From Phycisphaerae bacterium (GTDB lineage Bacteria > Planctomycetota > Phycisphaerae > SM23-33), in assembly GCA_016931655.1 (NCBI GenBank), contig JAFGEJ010000200.1, positions 6,015 through 70,014 on the forward strand: a stretch of 64,000 bases of DNA. The letters run 5' to 3'. Numbering within the stretch: position 1 is the first letter of the stretch; the number at the start of each line of letters is the position of its first letter. A model generated the notes under the pieces. That model was not told the DNA's origin. It searched no databases and saw nothing but the letters and a program-made list of their open reading frames with translations. The translations under genes and the position numbers were made by a program. Shown in pieces: positions 57,705-64,000 of this stretch.

Positions 57705-59102
57705 ATGCCGAAAATTACGTTTCTTGGTGCGGGCAGCATGGTGTTTGCCAAGAATATTCTGGGCGATTCCATGCTCAAGCCGGCCTTGCGGGACAGCCAC
57801 ATCGCGCTGTATGACATTGACCCCGAGCGATTGAGCGACTCGAAGTTGATGCTCGAGAACCTGAACGCCAACATCAACGAAAATCGCTCGAAGATCACCA
57901 CCCACCTGGGCGTGGAAAACCGCAAAAAAGCACTCGACGGCGCGGATTACGTCATCAACGCCATCCAGGTCGGCGGATACAAACCCTCGACGGTGATCGA
58001 CTTTGAAATCCCGAAGAAATACGGCCTGCGGCAGACCATCGCCGATACGCTGGGCATCGGCGGCATCTTCCGGGCGCTGCGGACGATTCCGGTGATGTTC
58101 GATTTCGCGCGGGAGATGGAAACGGTCTGCCCGAACGCCTGGCTGCTGAATTACACCAACCCGGCCTCCATGAACGCCGGGGCCATGCTGCGCGGCACGG
58201 GCGTCAAGACCGTGGCCCTTTGCCATTCCGTACAAAATTGCGCAAGGAAACTTCTCCAAATCCTTCAGATGCTCGATGACGTGAAAGACCTGCGTTGGCG
58301 GATCGCGGGGATCAATCACCAGGCCTGGCTGCTGGACATCCGCGACGGGAACAGGGATTTGTACCCGGAGGTCCGCCGGCGCGGCGCCGAGGCGCTGAAA
58401 AAGCTCCGCAAACTCGGCGGCGCGAAGGTCGAGGCAGACGCCAGAAAACGCCTGGGCGACAAATGGCGGGACGATCCCGACGCGTGCATCGCCCATAATA
58501 TGGTCCGCCTGGAGATCATGAACCAGTTCGGATATTACCATACCGAGTCGTCCGAACACGCCAGCGAATACGTCCCCTGGTTCATCAAGGCCGGGCATCC
58601 CGAACTGATCGACGAATATAACATCCCGCTGGATGAATACATCACCCGCTGCATCGACCAGATTGAGAACTGGAAAAAGCAGCGAAAGGAATTGGTGGGC
58701 AAGGCCCTGACGCATGAACAAACGCAGGAGTTCGGTTCGGGGATCATGAACGCCATGGAAACCGACGTGCCGTTCCGCATTCACGGTAACGTGTTGAATA
58801 ACGGCCTAATCACCAACCTGCCGTCTAAAGCCGTCGTGGAAGTACCCTGCCTTGTGGACAAGAACGGCGTGCAGGGATGCTACGTCGGCGATCTGCCGGA
58901 AGTCTGCGCCGCGATCAATCGCCTCAGCATCAACGTGCAGTTGCTGACGCTCGAAGCGTTGCTGACGGGAAAGAAGGACCCGGTCTACCAGGCCGCGATG
59001 CTCGATTCACACGCGGCGGCGGAACTGACCCTCGATGAAATCCGAAACATGTGCGACGACCTCTTCGAGGCCCACGGCGACATGCTGCCGAAATTGACGT
59101 AA
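57705..59102 (+). CDS. GH4-family NAD/Mn-dependent glycosidase (alpha-galactosidase/alpha-glucosidase, MelA/AglA-like)
   Basis: MPKITFLGAGSMVFA is the Rossmann motif. ...LNYTNP... and ...ALCHSV... are GH4 signatures. 465 aa. Confidence 0.8.
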   Translation: MPKITFLGAGSMVFAKNILGDSMLKPALRDSHIALYDIDPERLSDSKLMLENLNANINENRSKITTHLGVENRKKALDGADYVINAIQVGGYKPSTVIDFEIPKKYGLRQTIADTLGIGGIFRALRTIPVMFDFAREMETVCPNAWLLNYTNPASMNAGAMLRGTGVKTVALCHSVQNCARKLLQILQMLDDVKDLRWRIAGINHQAWLLDIRDGNRDLYPEVRRRGAEALKKLRKLGGAKVEADARKRLGDKWRDDPDACIAHNMVRLEIMNQFGYYHTESSEHASEYVPWFIKAGHPELIDEYNIPLDEYITRCIDQIENWKKQRKELVGKALTHEQTQEFGSGIMNAMETDVPFRIHGNVLNNGLITNLPSKAVVEVPCLVDKNGVQGCYVGDLPEVCAAINRLSINVQLLTLEALLTGKKDPVYQAAMLDSHAAAELTLDEIRNMCDDLFEAHGDMLPKLT

Positions 59103-59269
59103 CACGAACGCAGCAAAACCGCTGGAAAATTAAACCTTCCTCGAAAACCGCGGGAACCCTGCCAATTCCGCCTTGTGCGGATCGAGGCGAACCCGCAAAT
59201 GCGCTTGACCGATGCCAAGGAAATCCGTAGGCTGTATGGACTTGGGTAAAACTCCCAGGCCGGCCGTTC

Positions 59270-61033
59270 ATGCGGCGGGCCGGGATGTATCGGCCCCGTT
59301 GCAGAAAAACGATCATGTGCGCACGAAAGCAGAAAAAGCGGCTGGGGGACATTCTGAAGGAATGGGGGGTAGTTACGGAAACGGGGCTGAAGGAGGCGGT
59401 CGAATACAGCCGCAATGAGGGCGTCCGCATCGGCGAGGCGATGATCTCGCTGGGATTGTCCGACGAGGAAGACGTCACCAAGGCCCTGGCCGTCCAGTAC
59501 GACATGGAGTACGTGGACCTGGACCGGAACATTATCAGCGCCTCGGAGGCGACCCTGCTGCCGGAAGATCGGGTCAAGCGTCACCAGGTCATACCGATGG
59601 CCCGGGACGAGAAAGGCCGGCTGAAGGTCATCATCACCGACCCGCTGGACCTCGAAACGCTCGACATGCTCCGGTTCATGCTCAACGAAGACCCCATCCC
59701 CTGCCTGGCGTCGAAATCCAAGGTGCGGGCGTACATTGACACGAACATCGGCACGAAGATGTCCGTCGACCAGCAGGTGAAGGAATTCCAGGCCGCCAAC
59801 GCCGCCAACGGCGAAATCCCCTCGGAACTGGCCGGCGAAGACATGGACAACGCCGCCCCCGTCGTGCGCCTGGTCTCGATGATTATCACCGAGGCCGTCA
59901 ACATGCGCGCCAGTGACATCCACGTCGAGCCGATGGCCAACCGCGTCCGCGTGCGCTACCGCATCGACGGAATGTGCATCGAGCGGGACAACATCCCAAA
60001 ACGAATGCAAGGGCCTGTGGTTAACCGATTTAAGATCCTTTCCGGCATGGACCTTGCCGAGAAGCGCGTCCCGCTGGACGGGCGTATCAAGATGCATATC
60101 GCCGGAACGGACATCGACTTCCGCGTCTCGGCCCTGCCGGCGTATCACGGCGAGAGCGTGGTGCTGCGTATTTTGCGCCCCGACGCCGCCAAGATCGGAA
60201 TCACGGCGTTGGGATTCGAGGAGGAAGATAACCAGCGGTTCCATCGGATCATCAAAAGGCCTAACGGGATATTCCTGGTGACCGGGCCGACCGGATCAGG
60301 GAAAACCACGACCCTCTATTCCGCCCTGAACGAGCTGAATCGCCCGGACAGGAAAATCATCACCGCCGAGGACCCGGTGGAGTATAATTTCACCGGAATT
60401 AACCAATGTCAGGTACGGGACGACATCGGATTGACATTCGCTTCCATTCTCCGATCCATGCTTCGCCAGGCGCCAAACATCATACTTGTTGGCGAAATCC
60501 GCGATTTAGACGTAGCGGAAGTGGCAATTCAAGCCGCTTTAACTGGACACTTGGTTTTCAGTACACTTCACACGAACGACGCGCCCTCCGCAATTACCCG
60601 CCTGATCGACATGGGAGTCAAGCCATTCCTCGTGGCCAGCAGTATCCAGGCAATCATGGCCCAGAGACTGGTCCGAAAAATCTGCCCGAACTGCAAGGAC
60701 ATCGACCCCGATCCTGATCCAAGGACGCTCAAACTTCTTGGATTTACAGAGGAGGAAGTGGCAAACTCAACCTTCTTTGTCGGAAGGGGTTGCAATCAAT
60801 GTAATGGAACGGGATATCATGGGCGGCAGGGAATTTTTGAACTGCTGGAAATGAACACCGCCCTGCGTCAACTGGCCTTCGACCGGGCGCCGCTTTCGGA
60901 AATCCGAAAAACCGCCATCGCCGCCGGCATGAAAACGCTCCTGGAAGATGGAAAACGAAAGATCCGAAACGGCATTACCACGACCGAAGAGCTTGTTCGC
61001 ATCACGCAGAGCCTCGATAACCTCGACGCATAA
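59270..61033 (+). CDS. GspE/PilB-family secretion/pilus-assembly ATPase
   Basis: N-terminal GSPII_E_N domain. Walker A VTGPTGSGKTT, Asp box, Walker B and His box. Tetracysteine CPNC...CNQC. The start could be ATG 59315. Confidence 0.8.
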   Translation: MRRAGMYRPRCRKTIMCARKQKKRLGDILKEWGVVTETGLKEAVEYSRNEGVRIGEAMISLGLSDEEDVTKALAVQYDMEYVDLDRNIISASEATLLPEDRVKRHQVIPMARDEKGRLKVIITDPLDLETLDMLRFMLNEDPIPCLASKSKVRAYIDTNIGTKMSVDQQVKEFQAANAANGEIPSELAGEDMDNAAPVVRLVSMIITEAVNMRASDIHVEPMANRVRVRYRIDGMCIERDNIPKRMQGPVVNRFKILSGMDLAEKRVPLDGRIKMHIAGTDIDFRVSALPAYHGESVVLRILRPDAAKIGITALGFEEEDNQRFHRIIKRPNGIFLVTGPTGSGKTTTLYSALNELNRPDRKIITAEDPVEYNFTGINQCQVRDDIGLTFASILRSMLRQAPNIILVGEIRDLDVAEVAIQAALTGHLVFSTLHTNDAPSAITRLIDMGVKPFLVASSIQAIMAQRLVRKICPNCKDIDPDPDPRTLKLLGFTEEEVANSTFFVGRGCNQCNGTGYHGRQGIFELLEMNTALRQLAFDRAPLSEIRKTAIAAGMKTLLEDGKRKIRNGITTTEELVRITQSLDNLDA

Positions 61034-61170
61034 GCAATTTCTTTGATATTCCCGTAAGACATTCTCATGGAAGCAATTATGTAATTATTGCGGCCTGAAT
61101 CCATCGGGGAGCACTACCCGGCGGTGGAGGGAAACTCCAATAATTCAGTGACAGAAAGCGAAAGGTTCTC

Positions 61171-62328
61171 ATGGCCTCCATTCACATCGACAGGCTGTTG
61201 GAAACATGTATCCGACGGGGTGCAAGCGACTTGCATCTCCACGTGGGTCGGCCTCCCACGCTTCGGCTTCGGGGAAGGCTCCGCCCGCTGGAGACGAAGG
61301 TTCTCGAGCCGGAGGACACGGTGGCGCTGATGAAGGCCATCACGCCCGACCGGAATCAGCAGGAGCTCCAGGAGCAGGGCGGCACGGACTTCGGCTTTGA
61401 GTTCAACGAAGAGGGGCGATTTCGAACAGCGGTTTATCAGCAGCGGGGGCATATCTCACTGACGTTGCGTTTGATTCCCACCCGCCTGTTCACGCTGGAA
61501 GAGATCGGCCTGCCCAAACAGATTCCCTCCCTGCTGCGTCGCCCGCGCGGGTTGTTTCTCGTGACCGGGCCGACCGGCTCGGGCAAAACCACCACGCTGG
61601 CGTCGATGATCAACTACATCAACGAGAATCTCGACCGGCATATCATTACCGTCGAGGATCCGATCGAATACTACCACCAGCACAAGAAGTCGCTGCTCTC
61701 TCAGCGCGAGGTCGGCGTGGACGTGCCGAGTTTTGCCGAGGCCCTCCGCCGGGCGCTGCGTATGGACCCGGACGTGATCCTCGTGGGCGAGCTTCGAGAC
61801 CTCGAGACGGTGGAGGCTGCTTTGGCGGCGGCGGAAACCGGCCACCTCGTGTTCGGCACGCTTCACACCACCACCGCCCACCGGACGGTCACGCGTATCG
61901 TGGACATTTTCCCGACCGACGAGCAGGAGCGAATTCGCGTGATGCTTTCCGAGGCTTTGATCGGCGTGTTGTGTCAGGCGTTGCTGCCCCGCGCGGATAT
62001 CCGCAACATGATCGCCGCCTACGAGTTTCTCGTCGTGACCAACGCCGTGGCGAACCTCATCCGCGAAAACAAGGTCTTCCGCATCCCCTCGGCCATCCAA
62101 ACGGGAAGGGGTCTGGGCATGCAGATGCTGGACGATCACCTCTTCGGCATGTTCAGCGAGGGGAAAATCTCCGAGGAGGACGCCATTGACCGTTCGCAGA
62201 GTCCCGCGGAGATGCAGGAGAGAATTGCCGCCTTGCGCACCGGCGCCGCCGCGGCGCAGGGCAGGGGCGGAAAGGCCGGAACGCCCCCGTCGGCCGGGCC
62301 GCAACAGGTCGGCGCCAAGACGCCCTAA
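61171..62328 (+). CDS. pilT: Twitching-motility (pilus retraction) ATPase PilT
   Basis: MASIHIDRLLETCIRRGASDLHL, Walker A VTGPTGSGKTTT, then ...ITVEDPIEY..., ...VILVGELRD... and ...GHLVFGTLHT... No tetracysteine, as expected for PilT. 385 aa. Confidence 0.88.
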   Translation: MASIHIDRLLETCIRRGASDLHLHVGRPPTLRLRGRLRPLETKVLEPEDTVALMKAITPDRNQQELQEQGGTDFGFEFNEEGRFRTAVYQQRGHISLTLRLIPTRLFTLEEIGLPKQIPSLLRRPRGLFLVTGPTGSGKTTTLASMINYINENLDRHIITVEDPIEYYHQHKKSLLSQREVGVDVPSFAEALRRALRMDPDVILVGELRDLETVEAALAAAETGHLVFGTLHTTTAHRTVTRIVDIFPTDEQERIRVMLSEALIGVLCQALLPRADIRNMIAAYEFLVVTNAVANLIRENKVFRIPSAIQTGRGLGMQMLDDHLFGMFSEGKISEEDAIDRSQSPAEMQERIAALRTGAAAAQGRGGKAGTPPSAGPQQVGAKTP

Positions 62329-62358
62329 TCCAGTAAAACACATTCCGGAACGGAAATC

Positions 62359-64000
62359 ATGGCCCCAACAGCACAACAAAACATCGACTCACTGCGGGGA
62401 CGGCCGCTCGGACGCGTTCTGGTCAAGATGGGCAAACTCACCCGCGAACAGGTCCACCAGGCCCTGGACGTGCAGAAGCAGCGCGGCGGGCCCCTGGGGG
62501 AAATCCTCGTCGACACGGGAATGATCGACAATGACACGCGAAGCCTCGCCCTGGCCTATCAGGCGGGTATGGAATTCGTCGATCTCAACTCCGTCAACAT
62601 CGCCGACGAGGTTATTCGTCAAATCCCCGCCCAGATGGCCAATTCCTACAAGATCATCCCCATCGAATACGACCCAGCCGCCAACCATCTGGTCATCGCG
62701 ATGGCTTCCCCGGACAACTTCCGCGCCACCGACGACCTGCGCACGCTGATGGGGTATACCGTCACCGCCAAAATCGCCGACGCCGACGCCATCGAGACGG
62801 CCCTGCTGAAGCATTACGACGTGGAACCCGAGAGCATTTCCGACCTGATCAACGAAGTGGCAGGCGACGACACCTTAGCGGCCCTGGAGAATCGCGGCGA
62901 GAGCATCGACCTGGACACCATCAAGGAGATGGCCGACTCCAACCCCGTCAAGCGCCTCGTGAACATGGTCCTGCTGGAGGCCATCCGCAATCGCGCCAGC
63001 GATATTCACTTTGAGCCGTTTGAAGACGAGTTCAAAATGCGCTACCGCATCGACGGCGTGCTGTACGAAATGCTCCCCCCGCCGCGGTCCATCGCCGTGG
63101 CGCTGGCGTCGCGCATCAAGGTCATGTCCAACCTCGACATCGCCGAGCGCCGCCTGCCCCAGGACGGCCGAATCGAACTGGTCGTCAACGGAAACCCCGT
63201 GGACCTGCGCGTCGCGGTCCTGCCGACCATGTTCGGCGAGAGCGTGGTCCTGCGCGTGCTGGACCGATCGAACGTCCAGCTCGACCTGGAGCGCCTCGGC
63301 CTGCGGGAGGACGACCTGCGCCTCTTCCGCCAACTGATCCGAAAACCGCACGGGATTATCCTCGTGACCGGGCCGACCGGGTCGGGCAAGACCACCACGC
63401 TCTACGCCGCCCTCAATGAACTCAACAGCGTCGAAACGAAAATTCTCACCAGTGAGGACCCCGTCGAGTACGATATCGACGGCCTGGTTCAGTGCCAGAT
63501 CAACGAAGACGTCGGCCTGACCTTTGCCCGCTGTCTTCGCAGTTTCCTGCGTCAGGACCCGGACATCGTGCTGGTGGGCGAAATGCGCGACCTGGAGACC
63601 GCCCAGATTTCCGTGCAGGCGTCCCTGACGGGCCACCTGGTCTTCAGCACGCTGCACACGAACGACGCGCCGTCGTCCATTGCGCGGCTGCTGGACCTGG
63701 GCCTGGAGCCGTTCCTTGTGACGGCGACCCTGGAGGCCATCGTCGCCCAGCGACTCGTGCGAAAAATCTGCCCGCATTGCAAAATCGAGTTCACGCCCAC
63801 GGAAGAAATGCTCATGGAGCTGAGCCTCAGCAGCGACGACATCGCCGGGCGCGTGCTGTACTCGGGCAAAGGCTGCGACTACTGCCGCGGAACGGGATAC
63901 AGCGGGCGGGTGGCCATTTACGAAATCATGCTGATCGACGATGAAGTCCGCGACCTGATCATGAAGCACGCCAGCAGCGGCGCCCTGCGCGAAGCCGCCC
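62359..64000 (+). CDS. PilB/GspE-family assembly ATPase with duplicated N-terminal GSPII_E_N domains; 3' end beyond the window
   Basis: ATG 62359. The frame is open to the end of the window, and the track lists no plus-strand ORF here because no stop falls inside. Walker A VTGPTGSGKTTT. Tetracysteine CPHC...CDYC. Confidence 0.8.
   Translation, partial: MAPTAQQNIDSLRGRPLGRVLVKMGKLTREQVHQALDVQKQRGGPLGEILVDTGMIDNDTRSLALAYQAGMEFVDLNSVNIADEVIRQIPAQMANSYKIIPIEYDPAANHLVIAMASPDNFRATDDLRTLMGYTVTAKIADADAIETALLKHYDVEPESISDLINEVAGDDTLAALENRGESIDLDTIKEMADSNPVKRLVNMVLLEAIRNRASDIHFEPFEDEFKMRYRIDGVLYEMLPPPRSIAVALASRIKVMSNLDIAERRLPQDGRIELVVNGNPVDLRVAVLPTMFGESVVLRVLDRSNVQLDLERLGLREDDLRLFRQLIRKPHGIILVTGPTGSGKTTTLYAALNELNSVETKILTSEDPVEYDIDGLVQCQINEDVGLTFARCLRSFLRQDPDIVLVGEMRDLETAQISVQASLTGHLVFSTLHTNDAPSSIARLLDLGLEPFLVTATLEAIVAQRLVRKICPHCKIEFTPTEEMLMELSLSSDDIAGRVLYSGKGCDYCRGTGYSGRVAIYEIMLIDDEVRDLIMKHASSGALREAA

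Noticed and set aside
57558-64000. Long minus-strand ORFs (408, 419, 307, 364 aa) opposite GH4, gspE, pilT and pilB
   Set aside because: Antisense to genes with clear Walker and GH4 motifs.

Overview
High-GC (about 65% by eye) chromosomal segment that looks like Planctomycetota. The strongest clue is a DUF1559-type prepilin-like pseudopilin whose N-terminus reads GFTLLEVMIVIAIISLL. The window is mostly housekeeping and cell-envelope or signalling genes. Key calls: a giant TPR protein followed by a Wzc-like BY-kinase, tRNA-Thr(UGU), two tandem alpha/beta-hydrolase lipoproteins, two tandem GH130 phosphorylase-like genes, a 2Fe-2S ferredoxin, tRNA-Leu(GAG), murA, dnaG, mnmE, a PBP4-like peptidase, a short SecA paralog, a cobA-hemD fusion, and PilZ and CBS proteins. 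Further along are several two-component proteins including two large hybrid histidine kinases, a kdsA/DAG-kinase-like pair, a TPR protein with tandem RpoA alpha-CTD-like domains, HAD and beta-carbonic-anhydrase genes, and an ApgM-type phosphoglycerate-mutase-like gene next to hom. These are followed by a class III cyclase, a UbiA prenyltransferase, a DUF2723 membrane protein and a divergent AraC-family regulator / GH4 glycosidase pair. The window ends with a trio of secretion/pilus ATPases (GspE-like, PilT, PilB-like, the last running off the window). One small AT-richer islet (about 54.5-56.6 kb) carries a Dam-family N6-adenine methyltransferase and a convergent HNH endonuclease, probably a horizontally acquired R-M system. 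Three intergenic repeat families stand out. The first is a roughly 120-bp palindromic MITE/REP-like element with GTCATCCTGAGCG...CGCTCAGGATGAC termini, in 3 copies. The second is a family of long hairpins built from CACAGAG units, in at least 4 copies, plus a roughly 140-bp duplicated segment. The third is a perfect 33-bp inverted repeat at 12.2 kb. A 37-aa Lys/Ala-rich protein gene that is not in the ORF track (all listed ORFs are 60 aa or longer) is framed by a perfect Shine-Dalgarno and an intrinsic terminator. No CRISPR array, integrase or transposase was seen. Many long ORFs in the track are antisense artefacts of the high GC and were rejected.
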